Below, in pieces: positions 18,061 to 26,895 of a stretch of DNA of 64,000 nucleotides (its first letter is position 1; every line of letters starts with the position of its first letter). The DNA is taken from the NCBI GenBank assembly GCA_903847095.1, contig CAINCQ010000041.1:72292-136291 (forward strand), written 5' to 3'. The DNA comes from an uncultured bacterium (GTDB lineage Bacteria; Patescibacteriota; Minisyncoccia; Minisyncoccales; UBA5738). Made by a program: the position numbers and the translations under genes. The notes beneath the pieces are model-generated. The model did no database searches and was not told where the DNA came from. It saw only the letters and a list, made by a program, of their open reading frames with translations.

Positions 18061-19191
18061 TTACACCGCGTCGCAGGCCTCGATAATGGCCAGCTCCAGC
18101 GGCAGTTGGGGTATGGGAGAGTAGCGGATCTTTTCCTGGGCGCCCAGAAACAATTCGATGATTTTTCGCAGTCTTTCGATTTTGAGTTCCGACGCTTGTT
18201 GTTTCAGGCGCGCGAATTCCTCGTTGGTCAGGCCGGAGGCCAAAAGCAGGCCGGCGCTTTCGCTGTCGCTTAATCCAGCCAGGCTCATGATCAATCCGTG
18301 ACGGAGATAATTAAGGGCGCTTTTATTGAATTCCTGGAGGTCAAAACCCTTATCGGTGATTCCGTTTAAAAAAGCAATCGCTTCGGCTGCTTTTTTGGCG
18401 GTCAAAAGATCGATAAAATCACCGATGAATTTAATTTCCACGATACCCAAAAGATCACGGATGTCCCCGGCTTTGATCGTTTCTTTTCCGCCTTTTATTC
18501 CCGAAAAAACCAAAACCTGTCCCAAGAGGCTTTCGGCGTCCCGGACCGACCCCCCCGCGTTGATCGCCACCAGTTCCAGCGCCGCTTTGTCGATCTTAAC
18601 GTTTTCCTTTTCCGCCAATCCCTTCAGCCGGTGCACCAGTTCATCGATCTTTAATTTGCGGAAGTCAAAGCGCTGGCAACGGGAAAGAATGGTCGGCAGC
18701 ATTTTGTGGAGTTCGGTTGTTGCCAGAATGAAGATAGCGTGGGCCGGCGGTTCTTCCAGTGTCTTAAGTAAAGCGTTGGCCGCGTCTTTTGACAATTGGT
18801 GGCATTCATCGATGATGAAAACCTTGTATTTTGATTTTGACGGAACGTATTTAATGCCATCGCGAAGCTCGCGAATATCATCGATTCCCCGGTGCGAGGC
18901 CGCATCGATCTCGATCAAATCCAGGGAATTTCCGTTCGTGATCTCAAGGCAGGAAGAGCATTTGCCGCACGGTTCGCAATTGCCTACTTTCCGATCCTGG
19001 CAGTTTAAAGCTTTGGCCATGATCCGCGCGGTCGTGGTTTTTCCGCAACCCCGAGGCCCGGAAAACAAATAAGCATGCGAAACGCGCCCGCTTTTAATGG
19101 AATTACATAGGGTTTGGATGATGTGATCCTGTCCGGCCACTTCGGCGAAGACTTGGGGACGGTATTTACGGTATAAAACTAGATTTTCCAT
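18061..19191 (-). CDS. dnaX: DNA polymerase III subunit gamma/tau (short, gamma-length)
   Basis: LYRKYRPQ.F, GPRGCGKTT, CEPCGKCSSC zinc site, EIDAAS, DECH, LLKTLEEPP, SRCQRF. Confidence 0.97.
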   Translation of the reverse strand: MENLVLYRKYRPQVFAEVAGQDHIIQTLCNSIKSGRVSHAYLFSGPRGCGKTTTARIMAKALNCQDRKVGNCEPCGKCSSCLEITNGNSLDLIEIDAASHRGIDDIRELRDGIKYVPSKSKYKVFIIDECHQLSKDAANALLKTLEEPPAHAIFILATTELHKMLPTILSRCQRFDFRKLKIDELVHRLKGLAEKENVKIDKAALELVAINAGGSVRDAESLLGQVLVFSGIKGGKETIKAGDIRDLLGIVEIKFIGDFIDLLTAKKAAEAIAFLNGITDKGFDLQEFNKSALNYLRHGLIMSLAGLSDSESAGLLLASGLTNEEFARLKQQASELKIERLRKIIELFLGAQEKIRYSPIPQLPLELAIIEACDAV

Positions 19192-19207
19192 GTGAATAAA
19201 TTGATAA

Positions 19208-19305
19208 AGCGGGAACAGCAGGAAAAGTTGGAACAGCAAGAAGAGCGGGAAAGCATTGGATCAAATTCAAGCTATTCTCGCTTTCTTGCCGTTAGCGCTT
19301 TTTTT
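19208..19305. repeat. Degenerate 9-bp tandem/inverted repeat element, copy 1
   Basis: AGCGGGAAC AGCAGGAAA AGTTGGAAC AGCAAGAAG AGCGGGAAA followed by an inverted arm ending GTTAGCGCT. Confidence 0.8.
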
Positions 19306-19307
19306 AC

Positions 19308-19919
19308 TTATTTCTTGAATACAAAGAATTTATAACCAACGAAGTTCCACGCGAAGGTAATGATCACCGCTCCAATGCCGCCTAGATTTCCCCACAACGC
19401 CGCCGGCAGGCCGAATTGCGGTCCCAAGACGTTTACGATGAGGTGCGCTATCGATACGTTAATAATCAAGCCCGTAAGGGTTACGGCGAAAAATTGGTAA
19501 AACTCTTTGCTCATTTGCGCAGTTTCAGGCTTTTTAAAAGCCCAAAATTTGTCCGGTATGTATTTTAATACCGTGGCGATCATAAAAGAAACTGCTTTGA
19601 ATGCCAGGTAGGTGACGCCGGAACTAATCCCGAAATAAGCGATAAAAGCGCTAAGCGTACCCAAATCAAAAATCGTGGCCAGTACCCCGATCAGCAAAAA
19701 CTTAGCCAGCTGGAAAATGAACAAGTATTTTTTCCCGATCAGGAAGGCGATCCACAAACATAAGGGAGCCAAAAAAGCAAAAAGCGGGATCAAAAGCCAT
19801 AATAAGCCTTCCAGGCCGCCAAGTTTTTCCACTATTCCGGGCTGACCGAACAAACTCCAGAAATAAACAGCCGTAACGGCGCCAATGCCGGCGGCGATAA
19901 GCAGGTCGATTTTTTTCAT
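19308..19919 (-). CDS. GtrA family membrane protein
   Basis: QLAKFLLIGVLATIFDL, KFWAF, WNFVGYKFFVFKK. Confidence 0.9.
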   Translation of the reverse strand: MKKIDLLIAAGIGAVTAVYFWSLFGQPGIVEKLGGLEGLLWLLIPLFAFLAPLCLWIAFLIGKKYLFIFQLAKFLLIGVLATIFDLGTLSAFIAYFGISSGVTYLAFKAVSFMIATVLKYIPDKFWAFKKPETAQMSKEFYQFFAVTLTGLIINVSIAHLIVNVLGPQFGLPAALWGNLGGIGAVIITFAWNFVGYKFFVFKK

Positions 19920-19982
19920 ATATTTGTCTTCTTGCCGGTTAAATCGGGAATTATTAAACCTTACGCCATTTTATCACGCGAT

Positions 19983-20003
19983 TCTTTGATTGACAATCAA
20001 AGA
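19983..20003. promoter_or_regulatory. Perfect 21-bp palindrome (putative operator) overlapping a TTGACA -35
   Basis: TCTTTGATTG-A-CAATCAAAGA in the divergent gtrA / cysteine synthase intergenic region. Confidence 0.6.
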
Positions 20004-20029
20004 CCGTTTTGATAATTTATTATAATCCC

Positions 20030-20089
20030 ATGGGAAATCAACCTGCCGTCATCAATAACCGCTCTAAATACTGTATCAGCCTCTTTTAG
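20030..20089 (+). other. Putative 19-aa leader peptide MGNQPAVINNRSKYCISLF
   Basis: Short ORF just after the promoter; its Cys codon lies 3 nt before the terminator stem and its stop codon is inside the stem. Confidence 0.4.
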
Positions 20090-20143
20090 GCAAGAAGATT
20101 TCTAATTTTAGTTGAAATCTGTTTGCCTCAAAGAGGCTTTTTT
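20078..20143 (+). terminator. Long leader terminator/attenuator hairpin upstream of cysteine synthase
   Basis: AGCCTCTTT..AGGCAA..AGATTTC / GAAATCT..TTGCCT.AAAGAGGCT followed by a T-run. Confidence 0.75.
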
Positions 20144-20189
20144 ATTGAAGGAAAAAATTGAATTCATTTGAAGCAAGAACAAAAAAATT

Positions 20190-21101
20190 ATGAAAAAGAA
20201 CAACATACTTCAATACATCGGAAAAACACCGTTGATCGAAATAGAAAACGACAACCCCAAAGTCAAAATTTTCGCGAAACTGGAAGGATTCAATCCAACC
20301 GGATCAACCAAGGACCGCATCGCGCTTGCCATGGTGGAAAAAGCGGAACGAGCGGGCGTCCTAACCAAAGGAAAAACCATAATCGAACCGACCAGCGGCA
20401 ATACCGGGATCGCTCTCGCGATGGTGGCGGCTGTCAAAGGATATAAAATCAAGATTGTCATGCCCGAATCAATGAGTATCGAACGGCGCAAAATGATCAA
20501 AGCTTTCGGCGCCGAGCTGATTCTGGTAAAACCCGAGGAATGGCGCGATGCCGCCATCAAGATGACCAAAGCGCTGGTCGAAAAAGACAAAAACCTGGTG
20601 ATGCTCAACCAGTTTGAGAACCAGGAAAACTGCAACGCCCATTATCGGACTACCGGCAAAGAGATCCTGGAGCAAGTCAAAGGAAAGATCGATTATTTCG
20701 TAGGCGGTATTGGAACCGGCGGGACGATCACCGGCATCGGAAAACGCATCAAGGAGAAATTTCCGAAAGCGGTCGTAATCGGAGTTCAACCCGTTCTTGG
20801 CTGCAAGATCGAGGGATTGAAATCAATCAAAGAAGGATACGTCCCTCCGGTCCTTGAACCTAGCCTGCCCTGCGGCAATCACGCGAAATCTCTGATCGAT
20901 GCCATCGTTGAGGTAAGCGATATCGATTCTTTCGAAATGACCAGGGAGCTGGCGAAAAAATCCGGCTTGCTGGTCGGAGCGAGCTCCGGCGCAATGTTTT
21001 TTGTCGCGCGTTCCATTGCCAAAAAAATGAAAAAAGGCACGATCGTTACGATCTTCCCCGATCGCGGTGAAAAATACTTGAGTACGCCGGTTTTCGAATA
21101 G
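20190..21101 (+). CDS. cysK: Cysteine synthase (O-acetylserine sulfhydrylase, CysK/CysM family)
   Basis: IGKTPL, KLEGFNPTGSTKDR (PLP lysine), EPTSGNTG, GIGTGGT, GASSG, PDRGEKYLS; CysK versus CysM not resolved. Confidence 0.9.
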   Translation: MKKNNILQYIGKTPLIEIENDNPKVKIFAKLEGFNPTGSTKDRIALAMVEKAERAGVLTKGKTIIEPTSGNTGIALAMVAAVKGYKIKIVMPESMSIERRKMIKAFGAELILVKPEEWRDAAIKMTKALVEKDKNLVMLNQFENQENCNAHYRTTGKEILEQVKGKIDYFVGGIGTGGTITGIGKRIKEKFPKAVVIGVQPVLGCKIEGLKSIKEGYVPPVLEPSLPCGNHAKSLIDAIVEVSDIDSFEMTRELAKKSGLLVGASSGAMFFVARSIAKKMKKGTIVTIFPDRGEKYLSTPVFE

Positions 21102-21195
21102 GAGTAAAAGCTTTTTTAATTTAAAAACCCCTTCCGGGGCGAACGTTTTTATTTCTTACGGAAATTAAAGGGAAGCTTTAAGCTTCCCTATTGTT

Positions 21196-21480
21196 TTAGG
21201 CGGCTACCAAATATTCATACAAGCCGACCTGCGTGAGGGGCTGCGTGGCTAGAAACCTTTGAACTTTCCCTGGCCCAATGAGCTTTTGGCTTCCGATGTA
21301 TCGGAGCGTAAACCCGCCGTCAAGGATTTGGCGCCGGCATGCGCCTAAAACTTGCCTTAAGGCTGTTATCGCTATAAAGGCAGAATTGCCTGTAAGCGCG
21401 GGTTTGTCGTTTAGCCACAATTCCGGTTCCGTCCGACTGAAATCTATTTCCAGTCCGGTGTAATTAAGTATTGCTTTCAT
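21196..21480 (-). CDS. Hypothetical protein
   Basis: 94 aa ORF with GAGGGA Shine-Dalgarno, own promoter and hairpin terminator. Confidence 0.55.
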   Translation of the reverse strand: MKAILNYTGLEIDFSRTEPELWLNDKPALTGNSAFIAITALRQVLGACRRQILDGGFTLRYIGSQKLIGPGKVQRFLATQPLTQVGLYEYLVAA

Positions 21481-21569
21481 TCAATCCCTCTTTGATCAAT
21501 TATCCATTCGCGGGCAAAGCCCGTTTCTAAAAATATAATAACATTTTAAAAATAAAAGTCAACACAGAT

Positions 21570-22157
21570 TTACTCGGTAAGCAATTTTTTTACTTCTTCA
21601 AAATACACCACCTCAACATCTTCATCATTTATCATCTTAGGATTTAGGCTGTTGCGGATCGCGACTACGGAAACGCGTTTGCCGTTATTGGCGGCGCGCC
21701 TCAAATGCTGGTAGAAATCGCCGTCTCCCGACAATAAAATAATATGGCTTACTTCGGGGTCATCGGAGACTATTTCCAGGTTTTGAATGATGAAACGATC
21801 CATGTTGAAATCTTTTTTTCCGTTCTTCTTCACCGGCAAATTGTTTATATCACAGGTCTCGACTTTCACTCCTTTGTCCTGAAGACCGTTTATGAAGCCA
21901 TTTTTGGCTTCCAGTGTCGGAAATTCGGTGGCCGATTTTTCCACTAAAAACATATCGAAATAAATGATCCTCATTCTTTTCGCGACCATTTCTTCGGATT
22001 CTTCTTTGTAAAAGACCTTTGCAAGTTTAAAATAGTCCACCTGGAGATTGGTCCAATTCGGCAATTTATATCGGAAATTCTGCCCATCGATCAGAACAAA
22101 GATCAGTTCCTCTCGCGAATCTACGCTAGGTTTGTTAAAAATCGTGCTAGCTGCCAT
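21570..22157 (-). CDS. NYN domain (LabA/DUF88, PIN-like) protein
   Basis: VLIDGQN and ILLSGDGDF...GKRVSVV; GAGGTAAGGA Shine-Dalgarno before ATG 22157. Confidence 0.85.
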   Translation of the reverse strand: MAASTIFNKPSVDSREELIFVLIDGQNFRYKLPNWTNLQVDYFKLAKVFYKEESEEMVAKRMRIIYFDMFLVEKSATEFPTLEAKNGFINGLQDKGVKVETCDINNLPVKKNGKKDFNMDRFIIQNLEIVSDDPEVSHIILLSGDGDFYQHLRRAANNGKRVSVVAIRNSLNPKMINDEDVEVVYFEEVKKLLTE

Positions 22158-22310
22158 TTCCTTACCTCGCGATGTTTGATTGTAAAAGTACTTTAAGGCA
22201 TTATCCACTTTTTACTTTTATACGTCAATACTCATTGCGCAAAATTTTCTTTTTGTTAATATTTGTTAATCTGCCTAACGATCAATCATCAATGATCGAT
22301 AATAATAAAA

Positions 22311-23702
22311 ATGATCAAGCTTTATAATAGCCTTACGAGGAAAAAAGAGGAGTTTAAACCGATCAAGCCCGGCGCTGTCTCAATGTACACGTGCGGGCCC
22401 ACGGTTTACTGGTACGCCCATGTCGGGAATTTGCGCACTTACATTTTTGAAGACGTTCTTAAAAGAGTTTTGGAGTACGCGGGTTATAAAGCCAAGCACG
22501 TGATGAATATAACGGATGTGGGACACTTGACCAGCGATGAGAATACGGGCGAGGATAAAATGGAAAAAGGCGCCGCGCGAGAGAACAAATCGGTTTGGGA
22601 GATCGCGAAAATGTATACCGACGCTTTTAAAAAAGACCTTGGAACGCTCAATATCGAAGAGCCCGATGTTTGGGTAAAAGCCACCGATACGATCAAAGAA
22701 CAGATCGATCTCATTAAAAAACTCGAAGAAAAAGGATTTACTTATGTGATCGAGGACGGCGTTTATTTCGATACCGCCAAATTGGAAAATTACGGCCGGC
22801 TTTGGCCGAACAAATTGGATATTAAGACGAGAGCCCGGGTGGAAGTAGTCGCGGGCAAGAAAAACGATCCGGATTTCGCGCTTTGGAAGCTGACTCCGGC
22901 CGGAGTCAAAAGGCAAATGGAATGGGATTCGCCCTGGGGTAAGGGATTTCCGGGTTGGCATACCGAATGTGTCGTGATGTCCTGTGATAATCTGGGCATA
23001 CCTTTCGATATCCATTGCGGCGGCATCGACCATATCCTGATTCACCATACCAACGAGATCGCACAGGCCGAGGCCGTCTACGGCGGTCCGATGTGCAATT
23101 ACTGGTTGCACGGCGAATATCTCAATTTAAAGGGCGAAAAGATTGCCAAGTCTTCGGGTAATATCGTGCTCGTCGATGATCTGGTTAAAAAAGGGATTAA
23201 TCCTTTGGCGTACCGTTATTTATGCTTTACCACCCACTACCGCATTCCTCTTTCCTTTTCCTGGGAATCCATTGAAGCCGCCGATAGCGCGCTAAAATCC
23301 CTGTACGATAAAGTGCGGATGCTGAAAACCGCCGTCAAGGAAATTCCGGCGGAATATTCCGAGCAAGCGCTTGATTACAAGGCGCAATTTACTGCCGCCA
23401 TCGAAGATGACCTCAATATGCCCAAAGCGCTGGCTGTCCTTTGGCAGGCGGCCAAAGACCAGAATTTTGTCCAAGCCGAAAAACTGGCTTTGCTGCTCGA
23501 TTTCGACCGGGTGTTGGGTTTCAAGCTAAATTCGGTTAAGGCCGAAGCGATCCCGGCCGGGATTTTGGAGCTTGCCCGGCAGCGCGAACAGGCGCGCCGG
23601 AATAAAGACTGGGCCAAAAGCGATGAGTTGCGTGGGCAGGCCGGAGCCGCCGGTTATTTAATTGAAGATACGCCTACCGGTTCCAAAATAAAAAAGATTT
23701 GA
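22311..23702 (+). CDS. cysS: Cysteine--tRNA ligase
   Basis: YTCGPTVY..AHVGN, NITDVGH, DFALWK, PGWHTEC, DIHCGGIDH..HHTNEIAQ, KIAKS. Confidence 0.98.
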   Translation: MIKLYNSLTRKKEEFKPIKPGAVSMYTCGPTVYWYAHVGNLRTYIFEDVLKRVLEYAGYKAKHVMNITDVGHLTSDENTGEDKMEKGAARENKSVWEIAKMYTDAFKKDLGTLNIEEPDVWVKATDTIKEQIDLIKKLEEKGFTYVIEDGVYFDTAKLENYGRLWPNKLDIKTRARVEVVAGKKNDPDFALWKLTPAGVKRQMEWDSPWGKGFPGWHTECVVMSCDNLGIPFDIHCGGIDHILIHHTNEIAQAEAVYGGPMCNYWLHGEYLNLKGEKIAKSSGNIVLVDDLVKKGINPLAYRYLCFTTHYRIPLSFSWESIEAADSALKSLYDKVRMLKTAVKEIPAEYSEQALDYKAQFTAAIEDDLNMPKALAVLWQAAKDQNFVQAEKLALLLDFDRVLGFKLNSVKAEAIPAGILELARQREQARRNKDWAKSDELRGQAGAAGYLIEDTPTGSKIKKI

Positions 23703-23725
23703 CAAATTGAACAAAAAAGCACGGT

Positions 23726-23941
23726 TTAGCCACCGTGCCTGATTTTTTGTATACAGAGATACAATCTTGTGATCGGATTAATGAGCAATATGTCCAAATG
23801 CCATATTAGAAAACCGGCCATTACGATTAAAATCTGGGTGTGTCTGGAAATAACGTGCATTGGCCCGACTGCAAGGCCGATACAGAGTATGAACGCCGCG
23901 ATAATTGCGACTATATAGCCGGACAGATTCTTAACGATCAT
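23726..23941 (-). CDS. Small membrane protein
   Basis: Two hydrophobic segments, GGAGG Shine-Dalgarno. Confidence 0.55.
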   Translation of the reverse strand: MIVKNLSGYIVAIIAAFILCIGLAVGPMHVISRHTQILIVMAGFLIWHLDILLINPITRLYLCIQKIRHGG

Positions 23942-24070
23942 TTTTCCGCCTCCGTTTCGTTTAAGGAGCTAATGCCTTTATTGATCTTGCCGTGTTTTCC
24001 GGAAAAAAACAATATTTTGCCAAAAAGCTAAACAAAGAACACCTTATTGCTGTTCGTTTTCGGTAAACAA

Positions 24071-24466
24071 TTAAACCGGCGGATTACGGTCGCACTCTTT
24101 TTTTATCGATCGGAAGCGGTCAAGCATTACCATCAGAAGGGCTATGACTCCAATATTAAGCACGATCAAAAAAGGGCTAGCCGCCGTTTTTATCAGAATT
24201 ATCAAAAACATGGCGATCGAGATACCACACATAATCAAATTGATGTCCAAAATTCCGCCTATTCTTTTCTGCATGCTCAAACCGTTCATCTGGACGCCTG
24301 ATGCTAGCATTATCGCTCCCAAATATCCGATTGAACCGACAAAAAGCAATGCGATCATTGCCGGATCGGTAAAATCAGGCGCAAATTTAAAAGGCATTAT
24401 GCACGTTATAGCGTACAAACTGAACTCGAACATTAAAATAATAAGCGGGTCGACGCGTTTCGACAT
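24071..24466 (-). CDS. Membrane protein (4 TM)
   Basis: Hydrophobic sequence, GGAGGA Shine-Dalgarno. Confidence 0.65.
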   Translation of the reverse strand: MSKRVDPLIILMFEFSLYAITCIMPFKFAPDFTDPAMIALLFVGSIGYLGAIMLASGVQMNGLSMQKRIGGILDINLIMCGISIAMFLIILIKTAASPFLIVLNIGVIALLMVMLDRFRSIKKECDRNPPV

Positions 24467-24537
24467 TAATTCATTCCTCCGAATTTTTAAGAACTGGCGT
24501 TATTATGACTAAAATTCCTAAAAACGCAAGATAAGTA

Positions 24538-24784
24538 ATCAACCAATGGACTTAAGTCCGGTGGCTTTGATTTTTACGGCTACGCCGGCAGTGATGACGC
24601 GGAGTTTTTAGGACGTCGCACTCGTCAGCAACGACGGCCATCCGAGACAATTCAGTATGCCGGATGATTAATTCTTTAACTTGTTGATAGATAATATCCA
24701 ACCTTTTGGAGCTGTTTGGCCAAACGGCTCCAATGTTCGGCCTTGCTTTTAAAAGTATCCCGAGCTTTAGCTGAGGGGTAGAGT
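24538..24784. mobile_element. Non-autonomous IS200/IS605-like palindrome-bounded element
   Basis: Left hairpin CCAatGGAC-ttaa-GTCCggTGGctt, right hairpin CCCgAGC-ttta-GCTgaGGGGTAG, internal palindrome TTGGAGCTGTTTGG/CCAAACGGCTCCAA, no ORF. Confidence 0.55.
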
Positions 24785-24812
24785 AAAAAAAGAACAGCTC
24801 GTTGCCGTTCTT

Positions 24813-25028
24813 TCAGCTTCTGCGTCTTTCAATGAACTTTGCCACTCTTATCACCGGTAGGCCGACAAGGATGGATAATGACCAAAGAATGAACCAAGCG
24901 ACCGCGAAATAGGCGCGGGTTTCGGTGGGCATTCCCCAGTAATAACCGAAAGTCACGATAAGTAAGCAGAGGAAACCAATGAACCAGATACTCCGGTCTG
25001 CATAAAGCAGGATTTTACTATTTTGCAA
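24813..25028 (-). CDS. Small membrane protein
   Basis: GGAGGA Shine-Dalgarno, TTG start, 2 TM. Confidence 0.55.
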   Translation of the reverse strand: MQNSKILLYADRSIWFIGFLCLLIVTFGYYWGMPTETRAYFAVAWFILWSLSILVGLPVIRVAKFIERRRS

Positions 25029-25141
25029 CTTATTCCTCCGGTCTTCGATCTTGTTGTATGATAAGCGCTTGACGAAAAAAAATCAAGGTAATTTTTTCTC
25101 AAGAAAAAAGCGGTTTTGATTAACCGCTTTGCCTGATATGC

Positions 25142-25810
25142 TCATTCGAAACTTTGGGGCGAGTTTTCGAACTTCGATACACCGATCGAAAGAACCGTTT
25201 TTTTCTTCTTATCCTTGCCCACCTCGAAAATTTTAATTGTTTTGGCGTCTTCGTGGTAAGGAATGGACAGTAAAAAATCGAATCGGTCGGCGCTTTCACA
25301 ATGGTTGGACCGGCCGGATTCTTCCGACTGACAGTCAAAGCACTGGGTGGCTATCGTGAAAGTAAAAGAACACGATAGCAGAAATCCGCCGGTTGAGTTT
25401 TGCATTTCCAGGTAATAATCCCGGTCGCGCGTGCTGCTAAGGCTTTTGCCACAGGTTCCGAACTCCCCGACGTTTTCGAGATAGGTCTCGTCGGGATATT
25501 TACATAGGACCACGGCGATATTCTCCGAATACTTCGAAGGTATCCTATCGGTTCCCGGTTCACTGCATTCGGCGCCCTCTCCTTCATACGTAGCGGCGGT
25601 TGCGGGAAAATTATCCGCCCTTATGTCCTTCAGGGACATTTTACCGCCGTTAAAAGCGATATCGGCCTCGTAATGCAAGTTCGTGGGATAGGTTTGCCCC
25701 AAAGAGACTATTGTTCCATCCGAAAGCTCATTTCCGTTCGAATCGCCTCCGGCTTGACTGCTTGCCGCCAGAAGAAACAATATTGCCCACACGCTAAAAA
25801 TTCTAATCAT
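25142..25810 (-). CDS. Secreted hypothetical protein (related to 25933-26445)
   Basis: Signal peptide, GGAGG Shine-Dalgarno, shared C-terminal L.IPY......I..(F/Y). Confidence 0.75.
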   Translation of the reverse strand: MIRIFSVWAILFLLAASSQAGGDSNGNELSDGTIVSLGQTYPTNLHYEADIAFNGGKMSLKDIRADNFPATAATYEGEGAECSEPGTDRIPSKYSENIAVVLCKYPDETYLENVGEFGTCGKSLSSTRDRDYYLEMQNSTGGFLLSCSFTFTIATQCFDCQSEESGRSNHCESADRFDFLLSIPYHEDAKTIKIFEVGKDKKKKTVLSIGVSKFENSPQSFE

Positions 25811-25932
25811 GCCAACCTCCTAAATTATTGCCGTGCCTATATTATCTAATATTTTCTACATTTTGTCAACCTTGATTTTTTTCGGTTATCGTAAAAAGCA
25901 GCTCTGTTTAAGCAGCTGCTTTCATATTCACT

Positions 25933-26445
25933 CTACATACCTCTTACATCGTAGGGCCCGAATCTCACTGTTCCGGTGTCATCATAAACGGTAATATCGG
26001 TACCCAGCTTGTTATAAGGTATTTCCAAATTAAGGGGCGTAGCGCCGGGACTACAACTTCCGGTCCATTCGCCATTCGGTCCGATGGAATCGGAACAAAT
26101 CAGGCCCGTGTACTGGAAGTGTCCTTCTTCAAGAACCCGTTGCTGCTCGTCAATGAGTTGAAAATACCAGTTTCCCCCGCTCTTATAGTCGGGAGCGTTT
26201 CCTTCGATGACGCTGATGCTGTCCAGCGCCATATAAGCTTCTCCATCGACATATCTTAGCGTAAGGAAATACATTGATCCTTGCTCTGCCTGACGGTCAC
26301 AGGTCTGCTGACGGTCGCATGGTCCGTCATTAAGGACCATTGGCATTGCCATCGGCTGGTCTATCGGTCTAAAGGCTATACCTGGCTGGCTTGCTCCAAA
26401 TAAGATCAGAAAAGCCAGTATCAACTTTATGAACGAACCCATCAT
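25933..26445 (-). CDS. Secreted hypothetical protein (related to 25142-25810)
   Basis: Signal peptide, G.APDY and LEIPY motifs, own promoter. Confidence 0.75.
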   Translation of the reverse strand: MMGSFIKLILAFLILFGASQPGIAFRPIDQPMAMPMVLNDGPCDRQQTCDRQAEQGSMYFLTLRYVDGEAYMALDSISVIEGNAPDYKSGGNWYFQLIDEQQRVLEEGHFQYTGLICSDSIGPNGEWTGSCSPGATPLNLEIPYNKLGTDITVYDDTGTVRFGPYDVRGM

Positions 26446-26529
26446 ATCACTCCATTGAGCTGCCTAGATTATAGCATAAATAAACAAGAAAGTCAACACA
26501 ACAATCACAAAAAAAGCGGGTTTCCCGCT

Positions 26530-26778
26530 TTATATTCTTATCGGCACAAAATATTGGATGACGGCGGATATCGCATAAGCTATGAATGTGCCAAGGGTTA
26601 GCCAGCTGTCAAAATCCACTACTTGCGCGTTTGTGACACTGTAAATGCTTCCCGCTACCAATGAACCGCCTAATAATACTAAAAATATCAATAAAACCAA
26701 TTCGGTCAATCTCAATCTAAAACTCTCACCCTTTTTCGTCAGCTTAGCCCAATTTATGATAAAGGCAATTTTTTTCAA
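26530..26778 (-). CDS. Small membrane protein
   Basis: 2 TM, TTG start. Confidence 0.5.
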   Translation of the reverse strand: MKKIAFIINWAKLTKKGESFRLRLTELVLLIFLVLLGGSLVAGSIYSVTNAQVVDFDSWLTLGTFIAYAISAVIQYFVPIRI

Positions 26779-26895
26779 GCTCCAAGGATGATTTTCGCTT
26801 GTTTTGAGGTGTTATCTTGAGTTTGCCAAAGCAATTTTCCTTTGTTAGTATTGTAATACTAGGCCGGTCATTGGTGTTTTATCTATCATTCCGGA

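Noticed and set aside
18061..19191. Short DnaX considered as truncated or as having a programmed frameshift
   Set aside because: Domains I-III are complete, ending at LPLELAII with a clean stop; no downstream tau frame is present.
18326..23111. Long antisense ORFs (18326..19072, 22380..23111 and similar)
   Set aside because: They lie opposite well-conserved genes (dnaX, cysS) and are typical shadow ORFs.
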